Counted from the first letter of the stretch, positions 1 through 10,394 are shown. The stretch is DNA of 64,000 bases from Bacillota bacterium (GCA_012837735.1 DUQP01000036.1:7152-71151), one strand, 5' to 3'. The notes: generated by a model from the letters alone, not told the origin. A program made the numbers and translations.

Positions 1-1351
1 TTTCCACTCCTGCAAAAGAATCCGCGATTTCTTCCAGTTTTTGAAGTCGTTTGATATATGATTCCAAGGTCTCCCGCCGGGCGCCGGGCCGGGCTGCCGA
101 TAGCGCATCGGCCGCTGTTACCAGCACGGCCTCCACCGACTTTGCTTCTACGTCCCCGTGGTGGGCTTCCATCGCGTCGATAACCTCTTGCGGCTCCCGG
201 TATTTTTTCAATAAATCGACCCCAATTTGGACATGGGAACCTTCGACTTCGTGGTCCACCGCCTTGCCAATATCATGCAGCAGGCCTGCCCGTTTCGCCA
301 CGGCCACATCCAAATCCAGCTCAGCCGCCATAACGCCGGCCAGGTGAGCCACTTCAATAGAGTGTTTCAAGACATTCTGGCCATAACTAGTGCGGAAACT
401 CAAGCGGCCCAACAACTTCACCAAACCCGGATGCAGTCCATGCACATTGGTTTCAAACATGGCCTGTTCACCGGCTTCCCGAATCCGGTTATCAACTTCC
501 CGTTGCGCTTTCTCCACCATTTCTTCAATGCGGGCAGGATGGATGCGGCCATCCGCCACCAACCGCTCCAAGGCCACCCTGGCCACCTCACGGCGAATGG
601 GATCAAACGCCGACAAAATGACCGCTTCTGGGGTGTCATCAATGATCAGATCAACGCCGGTCAACGTTTCCAGGGCGCGGATATTACGGCCTTCTCGCCC
701 GATGATCCGGCCCTTCATCTCGTCATCGGGCAGTTCTACGACTGAGACGGTGCTCTCGGCTACATGATCAGCTGCACAACGCTGGATCGCCAAGGAAATC
801 AAATCGCGGGCCCGCTTTTCCCCTTCTTCTTTTGCCTGCGCTTCAATCTCCCGCACCAAAATGGCGGCCTCATGCTTAATCTCTTCCTCAATTTGACTTA
901 ACAGAAGTTTGCGTGCTTCCTCACTACTCAGCCCGGAGATCCGCTCCAATTCGGCGGTCTGCTGTTTGATCAACTCGGAGAGTTGCTCATGGGTACGTCG
1001 CACATCTTCCTCTCGTTTTTGCAGGTTGTTCTCCCGCTTTTCCAGACCCTCCGCTTTCCGTTCCAGGCTTTCCTCTTTCTGTTGCAAGCGGCGTTCTGTC
1101 CATTGCTGTTCGTTGCGCCATTCACGGCTCTCTTTGTCCAATTCGTCACGCAAACGGTGTACTTCTTCCTTCGCTTCCAAAATTGCTTCGCGCCGTTTGG
1201 CCTCTGCATCCTTTTCCGCCTGGGCCAATATGCGCTTCGCCGCCTCTTCTGCGGAAGTAATCCTGGCTTCTGCGATAAATTTGCGAATCGCATAACCAAG
1301 CACCAAAGACACCAGGGCAGCAATAATAACCCAAAAAATGCTTACGGACAC
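1..1351 (-). CDS. rny: Ribonuclease Y (partial, C-terminus runs off window start)
   Basis: Minus-strand translation from GTG at 1351 (RBS GGAGGTGA 6 nt upstream, in-frame TAG just before) gives N-terminal TM helix, long coiled-coil ([23 protein letters not shown]...), KH-like region ([15 protein letters not shown]) and HD domain ([15 protein letters not shown]). No stop before position 1, so not in the ORF track. Confidence 0.9.
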   Translation of the reverse strand, partial: MSVSIFWVIIAALVSLVLGYAIRKFIAEARITSAEEAAKRILAQAEKDAEAKRREAILEAKEEVHRLRDELDKESREWRNEQQWTERRLQQKEESLERKAEGLEKRENNLQKREEDVRRTHEQLSELIKQQTAELERISGLSSEEARKLLLSQIEEEIKHEAAILVREIEAQAKEEGEKRARDLISLAIQRCAADHVAESTVSVVELPDDEMKGRIIGREGRNIRALETLTGVDLIIDDTPEAVILSAFDPIRREVARVALERLVADGRIHPARIEEMVEKAQREVDNRIREAGEQAMFETNVHGLHPGLVKLLGRLSFRTSYGQNVLKHSIEVAHLAGVMAAELDLDVAVAKRAGLLHDIGKAVDHEVEGSHVQIGVDLLKKYREPQEVIDAMEAHHGDVEAKSVEAVLVTAADALSAARPGARRETLESYIKRLQKLEEIADSFAGVE

Positions 1352-1576
1352 CTATGTCACCTCCTCACCAAACACAAAAAGCCGAGCTCGCTCACTCGGC
1401 CCAACAGTCCCTAAGACTGGAAATAGATATTTTTCGGCAATTGAAAAGAAAACGCAGATCCCAGTATACCTATTGTCTATATCCTAAGACCCGTCGTCTT
1501 TATCAATCAAAAGGCGCCAAGCGCCGGAAAAATATCAACATGAGCCGAGCGCAACAGTTCAGAACCAATTTTAAAC

Positions 1577-2071
1577 TTACTTGTCCGAAATGTCAAGAAA
1601 TGCCTTCCCGCTTCCATCTGGTTCAGCATAGAGCTTCCTCAAGACAGCATCCACATCGGCGCCGCTAAATCCCCGCCGGTACAGAAAACCGCTTAAGCGG
1701 CGCAACTCTCTTTTGGTCGGGCTTTTGCCCTGAGCGCGTTGCCGCGCCAAAGCCAGGGCTAAATCTCGTTCATCATGCAATGGTGCACAATTGTTTAACA
1801 CTGCCTCCACAATCTCATCGGCCACACCTTTGTCCCGCAGTTCCTGGCGCAAACGCCTTTTTCCCATCGATTTCAAACGCAACCTGTTTGTGACCCAATA
1901 CTCAGCAAACGCCCTGTCATCGAGATATTGGCATTCGCTCAGATGCTTAACGACAGCACTGATTGCCTCTTCATCATATCCCGCCTGCTGCAAACGTTTG
2001 CGCAATTCAGCTTTCGCATAGGGCCGCCTGGCCAAAAGGCGCAGGGCCTTGCTCAAAACCCTATTCCCCAT
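1577..2071 (-). CDS. recX: RecA regulator RecX
   Basis: 164 aa, helical-repeat protein directly downstream of recA with a 1-nt stop/start junction; RecX-like repeats (YLDDRAFAEYW..). Confidence 0.8.
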   Translation of the reverse strand: MGNRVLSKALRLLARRPYAKAELRKRLQQAGYDEEAISAVVKHLSECQYLDDRAFAEYWVTNRLRLKSMGKRRLRQELRDKGVADEIVEAVLNNCAPLHDERDLALALARQRAQGKSPTKRELRRLSGFLYRRGFSGADVDAVLRKLYAEPDGSGKAFLDISDK

Positions 2072-3099
2072 TATTTAGCTTCTTCGATCGCTGCTTTTCT
2101 CTCAAGCCGGGGCAAGGAACAGGCTTCCCGGATCCTGTTTTCTATTTCCGCTGCCACTTCCGCGTTCTCCTTTAAGAATTGCCGGGCATTCTCACGCCCC
2201 TGGCCCAGTCTGGTTTCCCCATAGGAATACCAGGTTCCGCTTTTCGAGAGCAATTTAAAGTTTTGCGCCAAGTCCAGGATGTCCCCCTCCCGGGAAATCC
2301 CTAGGCCATACAGAATATCAAACTCGGCCTGTTTAAACGGTGGCGCCATCTTGTTTTTGACGATCTTCACCCGGGTGCGGCTACCGATAATATCCGCCCC
2401 TTGCTTCAATGCCTCTATTTTGCGCACCTCTAACCTGACTGAGGAATAAAACTTCAAAGCCCGCCCCCCGGGCGTAACTTCCGGATTGCCGAACATCACT
2501 CCAACTTTTTCCCGGATCTGGTTAATGAATATCGCTGTGGTTTGCGACTTACTGATCGCACCCGTCAATTTCCGCAAGGCCTGCGACATCAAACGGGCCT
2601 GCAGTCCCACATGCGAATCCCCCATCTCCCCTTCTATCTCCGCTCTCGGTACGAGCGCCGCCACAGAATCCACCACGATCACATCCACAGCACCGCTGCG
2701 CACCAGGGCTTCGGCGATCTCAAGGGCTTGTTCGCCGGTGTCAGGCTGGGAGATGAGCAAGTTGTCAATATCCACCCCCAACCGGCGCGCATACAATGGG
2801 TCCAGAGCATGCTCGGCATCAATGAACGCCGCCACTCCCCCTGCCTGTTGAGCTTCAGCGATAATGTGCAGGGCGACCGTCGTTTTGCCGGACGCCTCCG
2901 GACCATACACCTCCACCACCCGGCCGCGCGGTACTCCGCCGATTCCCAGTGCGATATCCAAAGAAAGCGACCCGGTTGGTATTACAGCCACATTCAGGTA
3001 GGCACTTGCCTCACCCATCTTCATAATGGAGCCCTTCCCAAATTGTCTCTCAATCTGGGCCAGGGCCAACTCCAGAGCTTTTGCACGTTCAGACATCAC
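2071..3099 (-). CDS. recA: Recombinase RecA
   Basis: 342 aa; Walker A (GPEASGKTT), L1/L2 loops, typical N-terminus [19 protein letters not shown]. Confidence 0.97.
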   Translation of the reverse strand: MMSERAKALELALAQIERQFGKGSIMKMGEASAYLNVAVIPTGSLSLDIALGIGGVPRGRVVEVYGPEASGKTTVALHIIAEAQQAGGVAAFIDAEHALDPLYARRLGVDIDNLLISQPDTGEQALEIAEALVRSGAVDVIVVDSVAALVPRAEIEGEMGDSHVGLQARLMSQALRKLTGAISKSQTTAIFINQIREKVGVMFGNPEVTPGGRALKFYSSVRLEVRKIEALKQGADIIGSRTRVKIVKNKMAPPFKQAEFDILYGLGISREGDILDLAQNFKLLSKSGTWYSYGETRLGQGRENARQFLKENAEVAAEIENRIREACSLPRLERKAAIEEAK

Positions 3100-3160
3100 G
3101 GCGCCACTCTGCGAACCAGTGGCTTCTCACCTGCCTCAATATAAATTACCATTTTTAACC

Positions 3161-3189
3161 AATATACCACAGGCCCCGCTACCTGCCAA
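3161..3189 (-). promoter_or_regulatory. Putative sigma-A promoter of recA (-35 TTGGCA, 17-nt spacer, extended -10 TGGTATATT)
   Basis: Reverse complement of 3161-3189 reads TTGGCA-N17-TATATT with a TGn extension; about 55 nt upstream of the recA start. Confidence 0.4.
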
Positions 3190-3775
3190 TCCAGTGGACG
3201 GTTGCAAGCGGAATATAATTGGGACCTGCCCGCCCGAGTCGGCTCTCAAACAGAGTCATTCCTTTCACCGGGCATGATACCCGCTCATGAGCCAACTCAT
3301 TCGGCAGGGCCGGTAGCTTTACCAGTTCCCGGCTGCGGCCGATCGTTAAATGGGGTGTAAATGGGCGTTCGTCGCGAGGGAAACCCCTGGCCGCCAAATT
3401 GGTTTCTACTTGTTGCTGTAATAATCGCAATTCAGCAGCTCCAACGCCCACACCTAACCACAGGGTGCGGGCCCGGGAGCTGTTTGGAAAACCACCCACC
3501 CCACCGAGCACAGCCACAAATTCTTTTTGCCCGAGGGCGCTCTCTTGCAGGACAGCCAGCAACTCTGGTAATTGCCCGATCTCCGTGTCCCCCAAGAATT
3601 TAATGGTGATATGCATCGCTTCCGGCGCCACCCATCTCACCGGCCCCACACCGGTCAGAGCACTTTGGCAACGCCTGGCCAGGTCGCGCACATCATCATC
3701 TACCGTGACGGCCACGAACAACCGCTTCGTCAAACCGAGTCCTCCCCTATTACTCCTCTTTGCCTGTTTCGCCAT
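3179..3775 (-). CDS. thpR: RNA 2',3'-cyclic phosphodiesterase / 2'-5' RNA ligase (LigT/ThpR family)
   Basis: 198 aa with two H-x-T/S-x motifs (HITIKF and HLTIGRS), characteristic of the 2H phosphoesterase family. Confidence 0.75.
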   Translation of the reverse strand: MAKQAKRSNRGGLGLTKRLFVAVTVDDDVRDLARRCQSALTGVGPVRWVAPEAMHITIKFLGDTEIGQLPELLAVLQESALGQKEFVAVLGGVGGFPNSSRARTLWLGVGVGAAELRLLQQQVETNLAARGFPRDERPFTPHLTIGRSRELVKLPALPNELAHERVSCPVKGMTLFESRLGRAGPNYIPLATVHWIGR

Positions 3776-3922
3776 CCCGTATCCTATTCCTGCCCATTTA
3801 CCGGCCAGCGCACCCCATCAATGTGGCAAAGCTCCCAGACGGTTCAAACGCATCAATAAATCCATGCCAACGGTGGCCAAGAAAAACCCCGGGCCAGATC
3901 CTAAAGCCCCGAGGGTAACAAA

Positions 3923-5203
3923 TCACGACCGATCATGATCAGGGCTCACTTCTCTGGCACCCTCTTCGGTCGCCAATATATATTTTCGCAACAGCATAAG
4001 GGCTTCCCACACTGCTCTTTGTCTAACTTCGTTGCGCTGACCGGGGAACCAACGTCGCCATTGTTTTGTACCAGCTGGGCCAGCCACCGCGATGTGAACT
4101 AATCCGACCGGCTTTTCCGGGCTACCGCCCCCCGGTCCGGCCACTCCGGTGATGCCCACCGCCAGCGTCGTCCCCAGCCGGACCCGCCCGCCTTCCGCCA
4201 AAGCTACCGCCACCTGCGGGCTAACAGCCCCATGTGCCCTGATCAGGTTTGCCGGAACGCCGGCCAATGTTTCTTTCGCCCGGTTAGCATAACATACCAA
4301 GCCCCCGACAAAAACATCCGAAGCCCCCGGCACTGCCGTCAACCGTCCTGCCAAACGACCACCCGTGCAGGACTCCACGCTGGCCAGTGTCGCTCCCCGG
4401 CGGCGCAGTTCATCCAGTATGACTTGCTCCAGCGTTTCATCATCGCTTCCGTAAATCAAGGTGCCCAAGCGGGCGCGCAATTTTTGTTCCAATGGTTCCA
4501 ATAACCGCTGGGCCATTGCCGAGTCATCGGCCTTGGCTGTCAGGCGCAGACGCACTTCCCCCAGCGCAGCCAACGGAGCCAATGTGGGGTTGGTCTGCTC
4601 CGCTAACAAATCGCTGATCCGTTCCACTAAAGCGGACTCCCCAATCCCACACAACCGCAGGCTACGGGAAACAATTACTTGTTTGCCGCAGCCGTGCCGA
4701 CGCAAGTGTGCAACCGCTTGCTTCCAAACCGCCCGCACCTCATGGGGTGGTCCCGGCAATGATATGACAATCTTCCCTTCGTGTGGGACAAACAACCCAG
4801 GCGCCGTGCCGACCGGGTTGGCCAGACACACTCCACCGCTCGGCCGCAGCGCCTGCTTGCGATTGGCTTCCGGCATGCCCAAACCACGTTGGGCAAAAAA
4901 CTCCTCCAGGGCGGCCATGGCATCCTGGTCCACTACCAGCTCCCGATTCAACATCAGGGCCACCGCCTCCCGGGTCAGATCGTCTTCCGTCGGGCCCAAG
5001 CCGCCCGTCGTTATTACCAGGTCCACTCTTTGCAAAGCCTCCCGGAGGGCTTCCACCAGCCGCTCCAGGTTATCACCGACCGTAGTTTGCCGATGGACAT
5101 CGACTCCGAGCGCAGCGAGTTCCTGCGCCAGGAATACCGCGTTCGTATTCAAAATCTCACCGAGCAACAGCTCGGTCCCAACAAAAATCAACTCGCCGCG
5201 CAT
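3923..5203 (-). CDS. cinA: Competence/damage-inducible protein CinA (MoCF-binding + NMN deamidase domains)
   Basis: 426 aa; N-terminal MoCF-biosynthesis-like domain (ELIFVGTELLLGEILNTNA) and C-terminal CinA/PncC domain; position upstream of recA as in Bacillus. Confidence 0.9.
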   Translation of the reverse strand: MRGELIFVGTELLLGEILNTNAVFLAQELAALGVDVHRQTTVGDNLERLVEALREALQRVDLVITTGGLGPTEDDLTREAVALMLNRELVVDQDAMAALEEFFAQRGLGMPEANRKQALRPSGGVCLANPVGTAPGLFVPHEGKIVISLPGPPHEVRAVWKQAVAHLRRHGCGKQVIVSRSLRLCGIGESALVERISDLLAEQTNPTLAPLAALGEVRLRLTAKADDSAMAQRLLEPLEQKLRARLGTLIYGSDDETLEQVILDELRRRGATLASVESCTGGRLAGRLTAVPGASDVFVGGLVCYANRAKETLAGVPANLIRAHGAVSPQVAVALAEGGRVRLGTTLAVGITGVAGPGGGSPEKPVGLVHIAVAGPAGTKQWRRWFPGQRNEVRQRAVWEALMLLRKYILATEEGAREVSPDHDRS

Positions 5204-5469
5204 GATTCCCCTCCCCAGATGTAGGTGATGATTGTTTCCACAAACAAGCCAAGGGCACCTGCAAAAGGGCCGGTTTGTGGTTGCAGGCTCTTAGACATAC
5301 TGGCATAGGATGCTGCCTTTTTTCTTATTCTGGTGTCTGCCGCCATCGCCAATGCAGGCGCTTATCAATTCAGGCACCTTTTTCTTGGTTTTTATAATAT
5401 GTCATATGTTATGTTGCCCATCTGGCAGTCAACCTCCGCGCATTATATATCAAAAAAGGAGTAGATCTT

Positions 5470-6789
5470 ATGCAAAGGAAAGGTTCTTCAAGTTCATATC
5501 GTGAAGACTACGCATACAGCCTCGGCATCCAAAGCTATATATACGGATACCCGCTCGTTACAATGGAAAGAACCAGGCAGGTGCAAACGTTGATCGACAT
5601 GCCAGCTGAACCACCCCTTACTGCATCCAATGTGTTTTTCCATGAAGACATCACACCGGAGTACCAGGATGTAGTAACTCCCAATGTTGATACTGTTTAT
5701 TGCATTGCCTGGCTTGATCTCTCACGGCAACCTGTAGTTCTCCATGTCCCGGATACTAATGGCAGATATTATGTAATGCAAATAATGGACGCATATTCGA
5801 ACACCTTTGCTAATATAGGGCGGCGCGCTACAGGAACGCACGCCGGGAAATTCGCCATCATGGGACCGGCTTGGAAGGGCGTTCTACCTTCAGAATTCCA
5901 ATCAATTCAATCCCCTACAAACACTGCCTGGATTGTAGGCCGCGTTCTGGCCAAAGGTGAGGATGATAGGAAAGAAGCAATGAGAATACTAAAGCAATTC
6001 ACCCTGACCGCGCTGGATGAAGACAGGAACCCTTACGTAATAAAACCTGCTGATAAATTGCTTCTGGACAACAAAGTGGAAGACCTGTGTGCTATGGATT
6101 TCTTTAGGATTATGACAGACTTAATGATTCTGAATCCTACTACTGGGAATGAATCCTTTGAAAAACAATTTGCCCACATCGGCATTGATCTCACCTACGG
6201 CTTAGATGCCGGCAAATTAGATCCGGAGACTATCGCCGGACTAAACCGAGCCGTCACAGATGCCTTTTCTATAATTTCAAATGGCCAAGAAAAGCTAAAC
6301 CCGCGGATCAGTAATGGATGGCTGACATATCCTGGCTTGGGTAATTACGGGGACCAATTTCTCAAACGAGCCTATATCGCTTATATGGGGCTGGGGGCAA
6401 ACGTTGATGAAGAAGCCACATGTCCCAGAACCTTTACCGATGACCAGGGCAAGCCGCTCAACGGACAATACAAATACATCTTGCGGTTTGGTGAAAATCA
6501 GCTGCCCCCCGTAGAAGCTTTTTGGTCAGTAACGATGTATGACCAGGATTTATTCTTAGTGCCCAATGAGGATAACCGCTACGCCATTGCGGATTACACC
6601 CCGGGACTTGAGCGCAATCCTAATGGCTCAATTGATATCTATATTCAAAATTCTCCCCCTACACAGCACAGATCTAATTGGCTGCCGGCCCCGGAAGGCG
6701 ATTTCAATTTACTGCTCAGAATGTATCAACCCAAAGCTGAAGTATTAAACGGGACCTATGAAGTGCCAGGAGTAAGACGTGTCGTATAG
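5470..6789 (+). CDS. DUF1254/DUF1214 domain protein (secreted/unknown function)
   Basis: 439 aa; RBS AAAGGAG 8 nt upstream of ATG; motifs WSVTMYD and NWLPAPEGDFNLLLRMYQP typical of DUF1214. Gene and flanks are markedly AT-richer than the rest of the window. Confidence 0.65.
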   Translation: MQRKGSSSSYREDYAYSLGIQSYIYGYPLVTMERTRQVQTLIDMPAEPPLTASNVFFHEDITPEYQDVVTPNVDTVYCIAWLDLSRQPVVLHVPDTNGRYYVMQIMDAYSNTFANIGRRATGTHAGKFAIMGPAWKGVLPSEFQSIQSPTNTAWIVGRVLAKGEDDRKEAMRILKQFTLTALDEDRNPYVIKPADKLLLDNKVEDLCAMDFFRIMTDLMILNPTTGNESFEKQFAHIGIDLTYGLDAGKLDPETIAGLNRAVTDAFSIISNGQEKLNPRISNGWLTYPGLGNYGDQFLKRAYIAYMGLGANVDEEATCPRTFTDDQGKPLNGQYKYILRFGENQLPPVEAFWSVTMYDQDLFLVPNEDNRYAIADYTPGLERNPNGSIDIYIQNSPPTQHRSNWLPAPEGDFNLLLRMYQPKAEVLNGTYEVPGVRRVV

Positions 6790-6816
6790 TTTGTAACATG
6801 TAGTTTTAGGAAAAAT

Positions 6817-6855
6817 AAAGACTGCCCTGGAGGTCTTATCCCAGGTGCAGTCTTT
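6817..6855. terminator. Bidirectional intrinsic terminator between the DUF1254 gene (+) and the ftsH-like gene (-)
   Basis: AAAGACTGCCCTGG-aggtcttatc-CCAGGtGCAGTCTTT, a 14-bp stem with an A-run on one side and a T-run on the other. Confidence 0.65.
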
Positions 6856-6880
6856 ATTTGCTAACCACCGTTTGCATTGG

Positions 6881-8401
6881 TCAAGCAGGACCCTGCCGAA
6901 CCTGCCAGTCACTTGACGGAAGTGGCTGGGGCTCTAGCAGCATGGAGCGCAACTCCTCGCCGGTCAACATTTCATCATGTAACAGTCGATTTGCCACTAT
7001 CTCCAACACGCCCCGGAATTGGCACAGCAGCCTGTGGGCCCGTTCCTCCTCCCGGCGCAACACAGCGGTGATCATGTCATGCACCTGTTGCGCAGGCACT
7101 GTTTCCTCATCGATCACGCCCAATGGTGATAATCCGCCATAGACAATCCGTTTTGCCAAACCAAGGGCATTTTGAAAATCATTCCCCGCCCCGGTGCTGC
7201 GGTTGCCAAACATCAACTCTTCCGCCACGGCACCTCCCAGGGCGACACAAATTTCATCCTCCAGCATTTCCTTAGTATACAAATACACATCCTCGGCCGG
7301 TGTGTTGCGCACATATCCAAGCGTAGCGCCGCGCGGGGAAATGTTGATACTGGACACATACCCGGGCTTCAATACCTCGCCCACCAAGGCATGCCCTCCT
7401 TCATGGAAGGCAACCCGGCGCAATTCACTTTGCGAGGGCTGTCTGTCGATCCGCTCGCCCAACATGACTTTTTCGATCGCCTCGATAAATTCTGTCTGGC
7501 CAATCTCGCCCTTGCCTGCCCGGCGGGCTAAAATGGCAGCCTCGTTAGCCACGCTTTCGAGGTGGGCACCGGAGAAACCGAATGTTTGTCTGGCGATCTC
7601 ATGCAAATCAACATCTTCCGCCAATGGCTTGTTCCGTACATGTAGTGTTATGATCTGGTAGCGCGCTGTCTTATCCGGCAACTCCACCCGCACCACCCGG
7701 TCAAAGCGTCCCGGCCGGAGCAAAGCCTCATCAAGTAAATCAGCCCGGTTTGTCGCACCCACCACCAATACGAGCACCTCATGCTCAGAGACCGTCAAGC
7801 CATCCATTTCTACCAGTAGCTGGTTCAAGGTCTGATCATATTCCAGGTGCGAGGAATGCTTGCCGCGCTTGCCACCCAACACCTCCAACTCATCGATAAA
7901 AATGATGGCGCTTTTTTTCCCGCGCTTGCGCGCCTCTTCCCGCGCCTGGCGAAACACATCCCGTACCCGTTGCGCCCCCACCCCCGCGTAGACCTCAATG
8001 AACTCACTTCCAGAAGTCGCTATGAAAACAGAATCAGTGTAACTGGCCGCTGCTTTGGCCAGCATCGTCTTGCCGGTACCAGGTGGACCAACAAGCAAAA
8101 TGCCCTTTAAGGGCCTGATTCCCAAAGCCAGCAATGAATCCCGATCCCGCACAAAATCCAGTGCCTCCACCAATTCTTTTTTGGAGTTCTCCTGACCGCC
8201 GACGTCCTCAAAGGATACCGTCGGCACCTGCGAAGCCTGCAAAACCGTATGTTGTCGCCGGCGCAGCCCTTGGCTTCCGACCGTCAGGAACAGGAAATAT
8301 AACAAGCCGCCCAGGAAAAGCAGCGGAATGACATTGTATCCTTGGATGCCCAAAAAGATCAAACAAGCCAGCACCAACCCGATCCCAACGTCTTTTATCA
8401 A
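6881..8401 (-). CDS. Short FtsH-family AAA+ zinc metalloprotease (paralog; two close-set N-terminal TM helices, no periplasmic domain)
   Basis: 506 aa; Walker A GPPGTGKT, Walker B IIFIDELE, SRH region, M41 HEXXH (HEGGHALVG). About 100-150 aa shorter than canonical FtsH. Confidence 0.85.
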   Translation of the reverse strand: MIKDVGIGLVLACLIFLGIQGYNVIPLLFLGGLLYFLFLTVGSQGLRRRQHTVLQASQVPTVSFEDVGGQENSKKELVEALDFVRDRDSLLALGIRPLKGILLVGPPGTGKTMLAKAAASYTDSVFIATSGSEFIEVYAGVGAQRVRDVFRQAREEARKRGKKSAIIFIDELEVLGGKRGKHSSHLEYDQTLNQLLVEMDGLTVSEHEVLVLVVGATNRADLLDEALLRPGRFDRVVRVELPDKTARYQIITLHVRNKPLAEDVDLHEIARQTFGFSGAHLESVANEAAILARRAGKGEIGQTEFIEAIEKVMLGERIDRQPSQSELRRVAFHEGGHALVGEVLKPGYVSSINISPRGATLGYVRNTPAEDVYLYTKEMLEDEICVALGGAVAEELMFGNRSTGAGNDFQNALGLAKRIVYGGLSPLGVIDEETVPAQQVHDMITAVLRREEERAHRLLCQFRGVLEIVANRLLHDEMLTGEELRSMLLEPQPLPSSDWQVRQGPA

Positions 8402-8943
8402 GCCTTCTCACCCCGTTTCAATACCGCCGCATCCTGCCGCGGCATGACAGCATACAGATAATGCTCGCCGTCTCGGGCATCAAGATAAAGGTTTTCTTCT
8501 CCCACGTAGACCCGCACATCGGTCAGCTGCAAATCTTCACAGCGGCTGCGCATCTCTTCCGCCATTGTCACAAAGTGCCCTGTGGCTGCAGCCTCGCGCA
8601 GAGAAAAGTGCAGCTCGTAATAGGCTGCGTCCAATCTCTGATTACGATTGTCCTTCAGCACTATCCGATAGGGCCGATCTTTCATAATCTCCCGTATTTG
8701 CGCTTCCAGTGTCTCATAAGATTCCTGCACGTTTGCCACCGGCGCCAGCTCGATTGAGATGAGCGTTTCCGTATTTCCCGCTTCAATCCGGTATTCCAGA
8801 ACATCCGGATTGGCAGCCAGGAACATGCTCACTGGGCGGTCGACCCGCGCATTTTTCACCAAAGCAGCACCACCCACCAGCAGGGCTAAGGCTATCGCTG
8901 TAGATATTAAGATGATTACCATGCTTCGTTTGTTTATTTGCAT
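8398..8943 (-). CDS. Hypothetical N-terminally membrane-anchored protein, translationally coupled (ATGA overlap) to the ftsH-like gene
   Basis: ORF 8398..8970; likely start at MQINKRS (8943), with RBS GGGGGTGA 8 nt upstream; single TM then a soluble domain of about 150 aa; no recognisable family. Confidence 0.45.
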   Translation of the reverse strand: MQINKRSMVIILISTAIALALLVGGAALVKNARVDRPVSMFLAANPDVLEYRIEAGNTETLISIELAPVANVQESYETLEAQIREIMKDRPYRIVLKDNRNQRLDAAYYELHFSLREAAATGHFVTMAEEMRSRCEDLQLTDVRVYVGEENLYLDARDGEHYLYAVMPRQDAAVLKRGEKA

Positions 8944-9074
8944 AAACCGGTTCACCCCCGGTGGAGCCATTCTGCTAAGTGTGGAAAACGATAGTTAACA
9001 TAATTATAACAGAAAACCGCGTGGCTTCCTACACCCCGCGGTCCATGAATATCTGGTATTGCTTACTATTCTTT

Positions 9075-10394
9075 CTATTTAACCACGCCGTAGATGTCAA
9101 ATTGGCTGCTATTCTCTATGGTGACTTGCACCATTTCCCCGCTGCCGACCGGCCGCTTGGCCCGCGCAAACACTTTCCCATCCACCTCTGGGGCTTGCCC
9201 CGCCATGCGCCCACGCAAACGCGACCCCTGTTCCGGGTGCCGCCAAACCGTCTCCACCAACACATCTACTTCCTGGTTTCGCCATCTTTTCCAGCGCTCT
9301 TGCGAGATCCCCGCCTGCAAAGACATGACAATTTGCCGCCGCTCTTCTTTCACTTGCGCCGGCACCGGGTCACCCAGAGACCATGCCGGCGTACCGGGCT
9401 GGGGGGAATATGTGAACACCCCCAGATAATCAAAGCGCGCTTGTCGCACAAAACTAAGCAGGTTATCAAACTCCCGCACCCCTTCCGCGGGGAATCCCAC
9501 CAAAAGTGTCGTCCGCAACACCACATTTGGGATAATGGCACGCGCCCGTTCCACCAATGCCAGCAAATCGTCTTTCTCGCCAGAGCGACCCATTGCCTGC
9601 AAAACAGACCGATCGGCATGTTGCACGGGAATATCCAGATACGGACAGATTTTGGGGGCGCGGGCAATGTAATCCAACAACTCGGGGCCAACGCGATCCG
9701 GATGGGCATATAACAAACGGATCCATCGCAGAGTCTCGATCTGTTGCAAATCATCCAAAAGTCCGATCAGATCGGGATAGCGCGTAATGTCCTGGGCAAT
9801 CAAGTTAAGCTCTACCGCGCCCTGGTTGGCCAGACGGATCGCTTCCACCACCAACTCGTGGCGTGGTCTACTGCGAAACGGACCGCGTAAATTCGGGATA
9901 GCGCAGTAGTGGCAGCGGTTATCGCACCCTTCCGCTATTTTCAAATAAGCACTGAACGGGGGTCCCAACCGGAGCCGGGGCAAATCTGCCGGCTGTCCAG
10001 TAGTCCTGCCGTCGCAAATGGGGCGTTCTCCCCGCCGTACGGCCTCCACCACCGCCACTATCTGTCCAACCGCCCCGGTGCCCATGATGGCATCGATCTC
10101 CGGCACAGCTGCACGCAGATCCCGGCTATAACCCTGGGCCAAGCATCCGGCCACAATGATCCCGCCGACATTTCCCGCTTCCTTCTCGGCCACAGTGGCC
10201 ATGATGGTATCGATCGCCTCTTCTTTGGCCTGATCGATGAACGCACAGGTATTGATGACAACGAAATCAGCCCCTGCTACATTGGTGCTGATTCGGTAAC
10301 CGGCAGTCGCCAGTGCCCCGCACATCATTTCACTGTCTACGGTGTTTTTGGCACAACCAAGCGAAATAATCGCCACAGTTTGCTTTTGGTTCAT
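9075..10394 (-). CDS. rimO: Radical-SAM methylthiotransferase, RimO-like (ribosomal protein S12 methylthiotransferase; YmcB-like)
   Basis: MTTase N-terminal domain (VAIISLGCAKNTVDSE), radical SAM CxxxCxxC (CDNRCHYCAIP), C-terminal TRAM domain. Likely start at MNQKQT (10394, RBS GGGAGATGG); longest ORF extends to 10469. Confidence 0.8.
   Translation of the reverse strand: MNQKQTVAIISLGCAKNTVDSEMMCGALATAGYRISTNVAGADFVVINTCAFIDQAKEEAIDTIMATVAEKEAGNVGGIIVAGCLAQGYSRDLRAAVPEIDAIMGTGAVGQIVAVVEAVRRGERPICDGRTTGQPADLPRLRLGPPFSAYLKIAEGCDNRCHYCAIPNLRGPFRSRPRHELVVEAIRLANQGAVELNLIAQDITRYPDLIGLLDDLQQIETLRWIRLLYAHPDRVGPELLDYIARAPKICPYLDIPVQHADRSVLQAMGRSGEKDDLLALVERARAIIPNVVLRTTLLVGFPAEGVREFDNLLSFVRQARFDYLGVFTYSPQPGTPAWSLGDPVPAQVKEERRQIVMSLQAGISQERWKRWRNQEVDVLVETVWRHPEQGSRLRGRMAGQAPEVDGKVFARAKRPVGSGEMVQVTIENSSQFDIYGVVK

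Noticed and set aside
3100-3135. Possible LexA/Cheo box CGAACCAGTGGCTTC upstream of recA
   Set aside because: Only one half-site matches GAAC-N4-GTTC; spacing and the second half-site are wrong. Kept as a finding for verification but not annotated as a feature.
4461-5228. Long plus-strand ORFs (255 aa, 147 aa, 100 aa) antisense to cinA
   Set aside because: Typical shadow ORFs in a high-GC gene. They are Arg/Pro/Ala-rich and low-complexity, have no RBS, and are fully contained in a well-supported minus-strand gene.
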